A stretch of 63,757 nucleotides of DNA, the filler included, from an uncultured Candidatus Sumerlaeota bacterium (GTDB lineage Bacteria; CAYMEV01): NCBI GenBank assembly GCA_964389675.1. It is 4 parts of 4 records of this genome, joined end to end, with 100 filler letters (N's around TTAATTAATTAA, not from the genome) between each part and the next. Parts side by side here need not be neighbours in the genome. Positions count along the whole stretch, not along the records: positions 49,998 to 63,757 come from CAYMEV010000038.1; 3 more parts are not named here. One strand, 5' to 3'. Of the stretch, positions 50,270 through 60,036 are shown piece after piece. The notes below the pieces were generated by a model. The model had not been told where the DNA came from, did not search any database, and saw nothing but the letters and a program-made list of their open reading frames with translations. The first letter of the stretch is position 1. Every line of letters starts with the position of its first letter. The position numbers were made by a program, and so were the translations under genes.

Positions 50270-52096
50270 ATGAGATTTATGTTTAAAGTTCTATCTTTCT
50301 TTCTATTAATAATTATATATTCAGGATCTCTTTTTATAATATCTTCTAATAAGAATAATCTGCATTTGTACATCTACTCTTTTAATAAGGACCAAAATTA
50401 TTGGCAAATTGCCTTGGAAGAAAAAATTGACTATGAGTCCTATATTAAAACAGGTTTGCCTAAAAGTATCAATTCTAATATAAACCTGAACAATATTTTC
50501 GTTGCAATAAAGGGTCATGCAATATATTACAAATTCATTACAACACCAGATGATACTATTGAAATTTGTTTTTCAGATAATTCTATTGACTTCTACTCTA
50601 TTGACTGGGTTGGCATGCCAGTTACTGAGATAATCATAAAATTAGAATGCTATATACCTGAGATTGATGGATATATCTCCTTACAATCCACAGCACCAGA
50701 TAAAGATGCTAAGATTCATTTCGATAATATTAACTCAAAATATACATACCGAATTAAATTTGACGGTCCGGCAATAGAAGAAACTGAATTTTTATTTTCA
50801 TCTATAGATGATTTTCCAGGCCACTTTTTACTGGAAGAATTAAAAGCTATCTGCCTGATTAAAAAGAACAGCATATATGGATCTGTTCTTTATGATAATA
50901 TCGATTATAAGCCACGAAAATTGATTGCTGATCTATATTCTTATAGGCCATCCGGGGGTAGACAAGTTATGGAGAAGGCATATAATCCACATAATAGATT
51001 TCTATTTATAGTTCCAGAAGATGATAATTCACAGGAATTCTTAATTATCTTTCAGGATGATATAAATAACAAGCCTATATCCTATAATTTTTTTGTTTCT
51101 AAAGAACCTTATATTCTATATTTTGATATTGATAATCTATTTGGTGTTTATGGCAGGGTAGCTAATAATGACATTTCTTTCCCTGCAAAGATCAATGTAG
51201 AAACACACTATTATTATGAAAGTGATAAAATGGCCTATCCTATTAATAATTTTAATTTTTCAAATACATGGCATGAAACTGATTATAACGGTTATTTTAC
51301 AATCCCTTCATCTTATCCTCTATCTTCAGAATATCTAAGAAACATTGAAGATTATTTAGAAATGGAAATACTTTATGCAGAGCTGAAATTAGAAGTCCCT
51401 GAATCTGAAAGTGTTTTTTTACACAGGTATTACTTTGACGAGAAAACCCTTAGAGAACTTAAAAAGAAACCAAAGCTGATAAATATTGGAGATATATTTT
51501 TTGAAGAAGGACTGGAGCTTAGAGGATTTGTTGTCAATAAGGATAATTATCCTGTACCAGATACTAAAATATATTTTTCCCATATTGGTAATTATGCTTC
51601 TTTAGCAAGAATAATGTATGATACAGAAATTAGATCTGGCATAAATTCATTATTTGGAACCACAAAATATGTAATAACTGATGAAAATGGAAAGTTCTGC
51701 ATTACAAAAAAAGATGCTGTAATTGCTGGTAAATATGAGTTATATCTTTATCATGAATCATATGTATTAACCATGTATCCAATTGATATTACAGATGAAT
51801 CATCAGATATTGGTTCCCTTGTTATAGCACAAGGAAATTCAATAACTGTAAATGTAATAACAAATGAAGATATTGAAAACATTGATGTTATGCTTAAGGC
51901 TCCTGGTAATACATTAAAGTTAGAGCTTCAATCATCTGAAAATGGTTATTTTATATATTACATTGATAAGATTATTCCTTGGGATTTTTATACAATTCAG
52001 TTATACAATTCAGGCAAATTAATAGATGAAAGACATTTGATATTCGAACCTCACCAAAGGAATACCTCAGAAACTATAAGCTTTTTCTTGGATTGA
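50270..52096 (+). CDS. Low-GC exported protein with carboxypeptidase-regulatory-like (transthyretin-type) beta domains
   Basis: N-terminal hydrophobic segment; LRGFVVNKDNYPVPD..TDENGKF..GKYEL...HESY. Confidence 0.65.
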   Translation: MRFMFKVLSFFLLIIIYSGSLFIISSNKNNLHLYIYSFNKDQNYWQIALEEKIDYESYIKTGLPKSINSNINLNNIFVAIKGHAIYYKFITTPDDTIEICFSDNSIDFYSIDWVGMPVTEIIIKLECYIPEIDGYISLQSTAPDKDAKIHFDNINSKYTYRIKFDGPAIEETEFLFSSIDDFPGHFLLEELKAICLIKKNSIYGSVLYDNIDYKPRKLIADLYSYRPSGGRQVMEKAYNPHNRFLFIVPEDDNSQEFLIIFQDDINNKPISYNFFVSKEPYILYFDIDNLFGVYGRVANNDISFPAKINVETHYYYESDKMAYPINNFNFSNTWHETDYNGYFTIPSSYPLSSEYLRNIEDYLEMEILYAELKLEVPESESVFLHRYYFDEKTLRELKKKPKLINIGDIFFEEGLELRGFVVNKDNYPVPDTKIYFSHIGNYASLARIMYDTEIRSGINSLFGTTKYVITDENGKFCITKKDAVIAGKYELYLYHESYVLTMYPIDITDESSDIGSLVIAQGNSITVNVITNEDIENIDVMLKAPGNTLKLELQSSENGYFIYYIDKIIPWDFYTIQLYNSGKLIDERHLIFEPHQRNTSETISFFLD

Positions 52097-52195
52097 TTGC
52101 TTCAAAATTATTAACTTAAAGTTTTTAATACAGGCCGGAAAACAAGAAAAAAATATCGTTTTCAAGCCCTGTCTTAATTTAAATTTAAAGCATTC

Positions 52196-53536
52196 TCATG
52201 GCTCTTTTTCAAGTGAGAACGCTCCCATGGTATAGCCATTGTGAAGGCCTGATATCACAGGTGTAAGACCGGCCCGGACATATAATCCTGCAAGTTTCTG
52301 CCCATAGACAAACAGGCCTGTAATGCTTCTGAAGGCCTTTAATTCAAATTCGCCGGTTTCATTACGGACGATATTGTCTATGCAGGCAGGGGGTGCGTAT
52401 TTTTGTATTATATAGTCTTCTCTGCTTTTCGAAATGAGAAGGTCTTCCCAGTCAGAATCTGAAAAGGCAGAACCTGCATAGACTCCCTTGGATGCATAAT
52501 AATCAACAGGTTTAATAATATATTCTTGCTGGTTATCTAAATAATCACCGGCTATTTCATCAAATCTTAGCTTTTTTGTCAGAGGGATATGCCTGTCAAT
52601 AAAACTGATCTGGCCACTTGTAAGATATTTTCTGAACAAAGGGTTATGCAGCACCTCAAAGTACCTCTTGGTATGGACAATTTGAGTCTTAATGCTTCCT
52701 ATCACGCAGGTCCTGCCCTCATAGAGGCCTTCGATAAAACCCGGTATCTCTTCATAGCGTTCCATCAGGTCTCTTGTAACAAGCCTTCTGTAGACTATAT
52801 CTATCTTCTTTCCTTTATAGGCCATAAATCCATTTTTAATTGCTATTTCCCTCGGATCTGCAATAAAACAATCATAGCCCTTTGATCGAAAGGCTGCGGC
52901 AAATTCCTCGAATTCTACCGGGCTTGACCTGTCTAATAAATCTATAATTGCAACAGATATTCTGTCTTTGGCTTTTCCAATGGCTTCATTATTTCTTGTG
53001 AACTGACTGTATATCTTAGAGACAGCATCCACCCAGCTCTCAAACAGCTCAAAACTGCTGAAGGAATACTGCCTGCTGAATTTTTTCATTATTCTGGAAG
53101 TTATAAGTATCCGGGCCAGTTCCTCCTGCTCTATCATTGCTGATGTTCCGTCGGTATTAAGCTCGCAGAACTGAAATTCTCCGGGAGAATAGTAAAAAAG
53201 GTCAAAACGCCCCATCGGAACATTTATATCATAGAAATGAGGAAGCCTTATCAGAGAATCAAGCCTTTCATCAAAATTAAAGAGTCTGCTGACATATGAC
53301 TCTGTAAGGTAGAGCTCGATTGACCTGTTAATGATCTCAAATAATTGCCCAAGGGCTTCTCTGAAAGAAGTCATATCTTCTGAGGCATATATTTTGGGAA
53401 TATATAGAAAAGGGACAGGCTCTCCCTTGTAAATTGCTTTAGAACCGGCAACATCTTTGCTGATTCTCAAAAAATCATCAATATATTTGCCCGGCTCGCT
53501 CAGGACAGCCATGCTCATCTTCTTTTCAAGTTTCAT
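52196..53536 (-). CDS. Circularly permuted ATP-grasp peptide ligase (glutathionylspermidine synthase / eukaryote-type GSH synthetase-like)
   Basis: GRFDLF, CELNTDG, DIVYRR, IIKP..Y.SKGVY.G, IIQKY, GLFVY..G.YVR. Confidence 0.8.
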   Translation of the reverse strand: MKLEKKMSMAVLSEPGKYIDDFLRISKDVAGSKAIYKGEPVPFLYIPKIYASEDMTSFREALGQLFEIINRSIELYLTESYVSRLFNFDERLDSLIRLPHFYDINVPMGRFDLFYYSPGEFQFCELNTDGTSAMIEQEELARILITSRIMKKFSRQYSFSSFELFESWVDAVSKIYSQFTRNNEAIGKAKDRISVAIIDLLDRSSPVEFEEFAAAFRSKGYDCFIADPREIAIKNGFMAYKGKKIDIVYRRLVTRDLMERYEEIPGFIEGLYEGRTCVIGSIKTQIVHTKRYFEVLHNPLFRKYLTSGQISFIDRHIPLTKKLRFDEIAGDYLDNQQEYIIKPVDYYASKGVYAGSAFSDSDWEDLLISKSREDYIIQKYAPPACIDNIVRNETGEFELKAFRSITGLFVYGQKLAGLYVRAGLTPVISGLHNGYTMGAFSLEKEP

Positions 53537-53547
53537 ACTTCCTCTTT

Positions 53548-54855
53548 TTATCGGCCCGGGACTTCTATGGCTTTTAAGAAGGCATTTTTATCTGTCCTGT
53601 AAAGCCCTTTCAGCCATCTTGATATACTGCCATGTTCCCTGATTTTATCAAGAAAGGGGTATAAATATGCCTGGTCTGCCTGGTTCAGGTTTCTTTCCGC
53701 TGAAGAAATTATATAATCCTTCAGTTCCATGAAGCTTTCATCAACATCAGCAGGTATTTTAGCCAGGCCTTCGTTCTGCCTTAATATCCAGGAATCTTTA
53801 ATTCTCAGTGACCTGTTATAAAGCTCCTGCAGCACATGGGGCGTGCAAAAGATGGATTTTGCCATGGCAGCCACTGCATAAGCATAAGGATAAGGCAAGG
53901 AATCAGCTGTTCTCATCTCAATGAACCTTTTGACACGGATATCGGGAAATACCATGCTCATCAGATGCTCAAGATCATTTTCATTCAGAACATGATTTCT
54001 TATTATTTCTTTCAGCCTGCTGTTGCCTGTGAATATCTCAGCATCATTCTTCTTTATGAAAATTGGCGGGACATTGAGAAGGTAAAGTGCATAATCCCTG
54101 AAGCCGAAAATCTTATCAAGTGAACAGGGAACCATTTTTGACCTGTCCCTGTCAGTACTGTTCCATATCATAGCCCTAAGGTTTTCCCCCTCATAAAGCT
54201 TGCCTTCAAAGACAACAGAAGAATCAAAAATTGATGAAATAACCGGGGCAATATAGTTTGCCACCCTGAATTTTTTAATAAAATCCTCTTCATCCGAATA
54301 ATCTATGGAGACCTGGGTAGCTGCTGTGCCTTTCATCATATAATGGCTCATCCCGCCCTTTCCCACAAAATAATCATACATTATGTGATAGCGTCTTTTT
54401 GGAAGGATCGGAAGGTCTGATATCCTGCTCCGTGGATGGTAATTTACAGAAACAAGAGCCTGGCTTGATCCAAGCTCCTCATAGATTTCTGCAATTATTG
54501 CTTTATAAGCATTCTCAACTTCCCTGATATCTTTAAGCGGTTTTAAGCTTATCTCAAGCTGGCCTCCGGGCTCAAAAGTAATGGTACTGCCACCTTTTTC
54601 AATTCCAAGGGGATTTCCGTTTTCTTCAGAAATTATATTCCAGCCCTTTTTAATAAGCTTTTTTACAATATCACAGGATCCATCCGGTTCAGAATAAGAA
54701 TAGCTTCTCAGGCTTACCCTGTCTATCAGGAAATGTTCAAATTCGATTCCCAGGAAATGAGTTCCGGTCCTTGCATGTTTTTTGAAATATGCTACCTGAA
54801 ACTCAATAAATTCACTGCTCTTCATATACAAGTTTTCCCCAGGCAAAAGCTCCAT
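53548..54855 (-). CDS. Glutamate-cysteine ligase, GCS2 family (plant/EgtA-like GshA)
   Basis: GIEFEH, TFEPGGQLEIS, RYHIM, MMKGTAATQVSIDY, FPDIRVKRFIEMR.AD. Confidence 0.88.
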   Translation of the reverse strand: MELLPGENLYMKSSEFIEFQVAYFKKHARTGTHFLGIEFEHFLIDRVSLRSYSYSEPDGSCDIVKKLIKKGWNIISEENGNPLGIEKGGSTITFEPGGQLEISLKPLKDIREVENAYKAIIAEIYEELGSSQALVSVNYHPRSRISDLPILPKRRYHIMYDYFVGKGGMSHYMMKGTAATQVSIDYSDEEDFIKKFRVANYIAPVISSIFDSSVVFEGKLYEGENLRAMIWNSTDRDRSKMVPCSLDKIFGFRDYALYLLNVPPIFIKKNDAEIFTGNSRLKEIIRNHVLNENDLEHLMSMVFPDIRVKRFIEMRTADSLPYPYAYAVAAMAKSIFCTPHVLQELYNRSLRIKDSWILRQNEGLAKIPADVDESFMELKDYIISSAERNLNQADQAYLYPFLDKIREHGSISRWLKGLYRTDKNAFLKAIEVPGR

Positions 54856-55029
54856 TACCTGACCTTAAGGACAGGATTATATACACATTACTCATCATCA
54901 GAAATACACAAACAGCGAAGTGTTTTCAACAGCAATCATAACCTGCAGCAGGGCTTTATGGATCAGCCCTGCCGCTTTTAATTATTCCTGCTGCTTTACA
55001 CAATACTAAAAAATATATTAAAGCTTTTT

Positions 55030-57300
55030 CTATTCAACATAAGGGTAGACATAAAAGGAAATACCCTCATAACTCCACTGGGGCAGTTCCATAACAGCAT
55101 CCCTTTCCGTTTCGCTTGTTGTATAAAGGTGGCCTCCCCTGGCTGTATTGAAAAAGCGGTATACAGGCACTGTATCTGTAGCCTGGCCTGAATGGACATA
55201 AAACTTTATACCTTCATAGTTCCACTGGGGCAGTTCCATGATATCATCCCTCTCCTGTTCATTGATAGTATAAAGGTGAATGCCGGTATTGGTATTGAAG
55301 AAGCGGTAGGTAGGCATGGTACCAGCCTTCTGCTCTTCATATACGGCAAACTTTATTCCCTCAAGACTCCATTGCGGAAGGTTTTCCAGTATATAATCAC
55401 GCTCTGCTTCACTTATGGTATAGAGATGCCCTCCCCTGGCTGTATTGAAGAAACGGTATACAGGAACTGTATCAGCAGCTGCTGATGCTTCCTTGTATGC
55501 TATGAGAGAAGGATCACCGAGATAATTCAGCCCAAAATGTACCCAGCGGTATGTACCGTCTGCATTGGCCTGTCCTACAAGGTCAATCTTTGACTGGGTA
55601 AATGCACTTCCTATCCTGTGATTGAAGGTATCCTGAAGCATGTGCTTAAAGACACGGTCATTATACTGGAAGGAAACACCATGGGTATTCATTCCGTAAT
55701 CACCGAAACCATACCTTGAACAACCTATATATACAACAGCACCTCCATCGGGATTCCTTATAAAACCCTCACCGAGGCAGGGATCTGATGCCCCTGATAC
55801 CTCAGGGTCAAAAGCATTTGTTATGCAGGCAATAGTTATTACTGTCCCCGGGATATTGTCCAGGGCAAGGGCATGGCTTGATGTAAATGACCCGCCAGTG
55901 CCCATCGACCATATTGTTACATCACCGTGTGTAGCCATGTGCATGAAGTTCATATTATTATTGAACATGGCTGTAAGAGTTGCAACTGAAACAGTAGTAA
56001 CTGAATCATATAGAGTGTTTTTCACATGATTTGCCCAGTAGGGTGCAATATATTCATTATACATCTTCTCGCTCTTTGACTCCGCATCCCCGTAGCTCCA
56101 GAGCTGAACACCGGATAAAAGCAGGTTTTCCACAAAAGACTGGTCTGCTGCTGAGGCAATATAGGTCTGTACCTTACCCATATAATCAAGGATCTGCTGT
56201 TGTGTCCTTACAGATAGCCTTCCGATCAATACATCGGGGGATATATCTGCATTGTCCACGTTCATCTCACCTATCTTCGTGTCGCCGTCGGCATTCCAGT
56301 CAAACTGGTTATCAAAACAGCTGTAAAAGATATCCCCGGGCATGGTATTGTCAATGTAATATCCGCCGACATTAGCATAGACATTCTGATCAGGAACACT
56401 GTAATTTGAATCGGTCCCCCCGTCGCCAATTAAAAATACATGAGATATATTACTGTTCTGTACATAATCAAAAATGCAGTTCTTGATCTTCAGCTGGGTT
56501 GTAGAGCCGGTATATGCGGATGATATCTCTGATACGGTCTTTATCACATAGCTGATTCCGGCACTGGATTGTCTGTAATTTGCATAGGTTACAGCTGCTG
56601 GCTTTAAATTGTCAGTGGTTATAATGAGCATGTCATAATCCGTCTTGTTTCTGGATATACTGATTTTTGAAGGATAAAATTTTTCCATATCCTCAGGATT
56701 GATCACAGAGCTTTGTATAATTCCATTAAATACCTGATTCGGCCTGTATTCTATTGCACTATCATCTTTCTTATAGGAATATTCGATCTCAAAATCCGCT
56801 TTCCCGTAAAAGAACAGCTCCTGTTTATCAGTATCATATTCAAATGGGACATAGGCAAAATAGTATATATTGAACCCCCTTGTCTTTCCCACGGTATATC
56901 CGATTACTCTTTCTGATGGGAATATACTGCCAGAGCTGTATATATCCCTGTCAGGGCTGATAAAATCAGGGGCGGGCGCTGAAATAGGATGCTGACCCTG
57001 ATATGGATAGGGGATTATTTTCCCAAGGCTTGTCCTCTTTTGGCTGTTTACCCTTATATCAGTAACTTCACTTTCCAGCGGTATAAGTACCCTTACCAGA
57101 TATGCCGGTATATCGGGTTGTCCTTCTTCTACAAAGGAATAAGCATCTGCGTCTTCATACCTGACGGCATGAAAGTGCTCATTTGGCTCAAGAACAACTC
57201 TGTCTGCATCAAAAAGCAGTTTTAAACTGATAGTGTCTGCATAGGATATTCCTGAAAATACAAAAAGAAAAACAATTGAAAGAAGTATAACTTTTTTCAT
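55030..57300 (-). CDS. Gingipain-like C25 cysteine peptidase with propeptide and C-terminal triple PVYRFFN repeat (DUF5648-like)
   Basis: Signal peptide; GQPDIP propeptide; VFLIGD, D.FYS, IGRL, catalytic THG and IAC, LGE.F, NYLGDP; three PxYRFFN..G.HLYT..E.ERD repeats. Confidence 0.9.
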   Translation of the reverse strand: MKKVILLSIVFLFVFSGISYADTISLKLLFDADRVVLEPNEHFHAVRYEDADAYSFVEEGQPDIPAYLVRVLIPLESEVTDIRVNSQKRTSLGKIIPYPYQGQHPISAPAPDFISPDRDIYSSGSIFPSERVIGYTVGKTRGFNIYYFAYVPFEYDTDKQELFFYGKADFEIEYSYKKDDSAIEYRPNQVFNGIIQSSVINPEDMEKFYPSKISISRNKTDYDMLIITTDNLKPAAVTYANYRQSSAGISYVIKTVSEISSAYTGSTTQLKIKNCIFDYVQNSNISHVFLIGDGGTDSNYSVPDQNVYANVGGYYIDNTMPGDIFYSCFDNQFDWNADGDTKIGEMNVDNADISPDVLIGRLSVRTQQQILDYMGKVQTYIASAADQSFVENLLLSGVQLWSYGDAESKSEKMYNEYIAPYWANHVKNTLYDSVTTVSVATLTAMFNNNMNFMHMATHGDVTIWSMGTGGSFTSSHALALDNIPGTVITIACITNAFDPEVSGASDPCLGEGFIRNPDGGAVVYIGCSRYGFGDYGMNTHGVSFQYNDRVFKHMLQDTFNHRIGSAFTQSKIDLVGQANADGTYRWVHFGLNYLGDPSLIAYKEASAAADTVPVYRFFNTARGGHLYTISEAERDYILENLPQWSLEGIKFAVYEEQKAGTMPTYRFFNTNTGIHLYTINEQERDDIMELPQWNYEGIKFYVHSGQATDTVPVYRFFNTARGGHLYTTSETERDAVMELPQWSYEGISFYVYPYVE

Positions 57301-57718
57301 AAAAGGCCCTCCATGGTTAATATCATTTTCTATAATAATTCATTTATACACACTAAAACAATATAAATCATAATAATATTCATAAACATCCCTTTAAGGA
57401 GATGTCTATTCTTAGGCATTAAAATTTTAATTATTTTCACGTATTAAATGATTACGGATTTTTTGTGTTTTCTGTTGCTGTTTTATTTAAAATTTTTAGC
57501 CTTGCTTATATATCTCCTTAAAAATAGGAAGTAAATTTGGTATTTCTGATTTCTGCAAGAACAGGAAAAGGGATGATGAACCTGTTCAAGATTTTATGCA
57601 TGAGCTTCAATCATAAAAAATTCCCATGGATATTTTAATCATTTTATTAAAGAATAACAGAATAATTTTATAAAAAGACGGCTTTATTCATTCTTTTATT
57701 ATGAATTTCATATTCCTG

Positions 57719-58714
57719 TCAATTCTTCCCGAATCCTTTGTATAAGCAGTTTTTTTTTCGCATCAGCTTTTCAATAAGCCTGTTCATCCATTCAGGGTTA
57801 TCCTCTCCAGTTTCCAGATCAAGAGACCTTTCTATTATCTTGTAGCTTATAAAATGATGCAGCCTGTAAAAACCAGGAAGCTGTTCTAATTCCTTATTAG
57901 AGATATCACATTCGCTTTTGTATCCATCAATGAATCTGCAAAACCGGGTATCTGAAATATTCAGTTTTTCCCCTTCATCAGTTAGATCCCTCAATGCATA
58001 GGCGATGTCTGCCACATACCAGGAGTATATTGAGTCATCAAAATCTATTATATACGGAGTCTTATTATTCCATATTATATTGTCCAGTTCAAAATCATAG
58101 TGTATCATTCCGTAATTATTCTTATCTTTATCCAGTCCTTTCATCCATCTTCTGATATGCTCAATTTCTTTAAGCTCAGTTTCATCTTCTGAAGGGTAGT
58201 CTCTGGCAAGGCTTTCAAAAAGGCCTTCATGGGAGGGCCTTAATATCCCTATATGTTTTGGAATGTCCCGGCATACTCTGTGCAGACTCCCCAGAGCCTT
58301 TCCCCAGACAAAGAAGCCGTTCTGGTCAAGTTCCCTGATATCCCGCTGTCTGCCATGCACTTTTTCAAAAACACTCATAAAAAAGGTGCCATATTCCGTG
58401 CATGCCTCTTCAATGAATTTATTGCTATTTGAAGGGACAGGGCGAGCTACTGGAATTTTTTTTTCAGCAAGATAATTGATGAGGGCAATTTCACCTTCAA
58501 GTCTTGAAAGCTTTTTTTCAGTACTGCTGTTAAACCGTGCAACATATTCTGTATCTTTATCCCACATAAAGCAGATAAAATTTGCACTTGCCCTGTACAT
58601 CTTCACCCGGCCCCTGTCATTATTCCAGGTTTTTACCAGGGCTGATGCAAACGGGCAGTCCCAGTCCTCATTTACTGTCTTAAATACTTCTCTCATTAGA
58701 GATAATCTCATCAT
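57719..58714 (-). CDS. APH/homoserine kinase type II-like phosphotransferase
   Basis: SANFI, WGKALGSLH, IHYDFELDNI, IDFDD. Confidence 0.88.
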   Translation of the reverse strand: MMRLSLMREVFKTVNEDWDCPFASALVKTWNNDRGRVKMYRASANFICFMWDKDTEYVARFNSSTEKKLSRLEGEIALINYLAEKKIPVARPVPSNSNKFIEEACTEYGTFFMSVFEKVHGRQRDIRELDQNGFFVWGKALGSLHRVCRDIPKHIGILRPSHEGLFESLARDYPSEDETELKEIEHIRRWMKGLDKDKNNYGMIHYDFELDNIIWNNKTPYIIDFDDSIYSWYVADIAYALRDLTDEGEKLNISDTRFCRFIDGYKSECDISNKELEQLPGFYRLHHFISYKIIERSLDLETGEDNPEWMNRLIEKLMRKKNCLYKGFGKN

Positions 58715-59077
58715 ATGCAGTCTCCCCGATCAGATCATTTCTGAAGTAATCGAGATATAACTATAAAGCTTTGTTTAAGATTTTTAAAATGTTTTTTCTC
58801 TCGGGACAGTCAGTATTGTTTGCTATATATGTCCTGGATATACAAGCCCCTCCGATTAATTAAAGATTTTCTGTTATAATACTATTAAAAGCAGGCTTTA
58901 TTTTTTGCAATCTATTGTCTCCGGTTGTATTTTTATTTATGACGCTGGAAAATCAGGGATCTTTTAAGCTTGAATATCTATAGGTAGAGCTTGCAGGCAG
59001 AATGAAAATAATAATTTCTAAATACCGTTTTTGTATGTTATTTATAGGTTTATAAAGCAATTTGTGAGGAGCAAGGA

Positions 59078-59824
59078 ATGAATTATGTTTCATGGGATAA
59101 TATAAACAAAAGCCTTCCGGAAAACTTCAAATCTCTCTGCCTTGACTTTGGAAAAGGTCTTTGCAGAATTTTGCAGGAAAAGCTTCGCGGTGCTTATATT
59201 TACGGAGCATGTGTTTTTCCGGACAGTCTTCCAACAAGGGATATAGATTTTCATGTTATATTTGATGAAACTTTAACCAATCAGGAGAAAACAGAGCTTT
59301 ATAATCTGCATGACTTCCTTGGGCAACAATACCCTCCCCTGGGAGGAGAGTTTGATGGATATTATATTCTGAGCGATGATGCCAGGCATTCTTCTGCACC
59401 TCAAAGCGAGATGTGGCAGCTTGCAGTAGATGATTCATGGCCTCTTCATAAACAGCATATTCTTTCCGGGATGTGCATAAAGATTTGTGGAGAAGATCCT
59501 GACAAGCTGTTCTCTTTTCCCTCATGGGATGAGATCAGGAAATCCCTGCATTCAGAATTTAGTTATATTGAAGAGCACCTTGATGAATATCCTGACTTTT
59601 CCATACTCAATATGTGCAGGATCCTTTACACCCTTGAATATTCCAATCCTGTCATTTCAAAGGCAGGTTCCGCGAAATGGGCTTTAAATAAATTTCCTCA
59701 ATGGAGTCATATTATTGAATCTGCACTCAGGTCATATGCTGAGAAAGCAGACTCCGGAGACAGAGAAATTATGGAAAAATCAGTAAAGAACCTATATGAT
59801 TATGTAAAAACAGCACTGCTCTGA
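59078..59824 (+). CDS. Aminoglycoside adenylyltransferase-like nucleotidyltransferase (AadA/DUF4111-type)
   Basis: AYIYGA..DIDF; ILNMCRILY..VISK..SAKWA. Confidence 0.8.
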   Translation: MNYVSWDNINKSLPENFKSLCLDFGKGLCRILQEKLRGAYIYGACVFPDSLPTRDIDFHVIFDETLTNQEKTELYNLHDFLGQQYPPLGGEFDGYYILSDDARHSSAPQSEMWQLAVDDSWPLHKQHILSGMCIKICGEDPDKLFSFPSWDEIRKSLHSEFSYIEEHLDEYPDFSILNMCRILYTLEYSNPVISKAGSAKWALNKFPQWSHIIESALRSYAEKADSGDREIMEKSVKNLYDYVKTALL

Positions 59825-60036
59825 AAGGATAAAATGCTGTTGCTTTATAGTAAATATCAGATTAAGCTCATATTTAGCTGTAAACCGTCAAAAAGGCAAA
59901 TTGACATTATTAAGCAGTATTTTTTGACTTGGCTTATATTTAAATTATTATTTTAATTATAAGATGCTGACTTGGCATCCATATGATGGATGATGCTATT
60001 ATACTAATAATTAAATATAAATGAAAGGAGATATAT

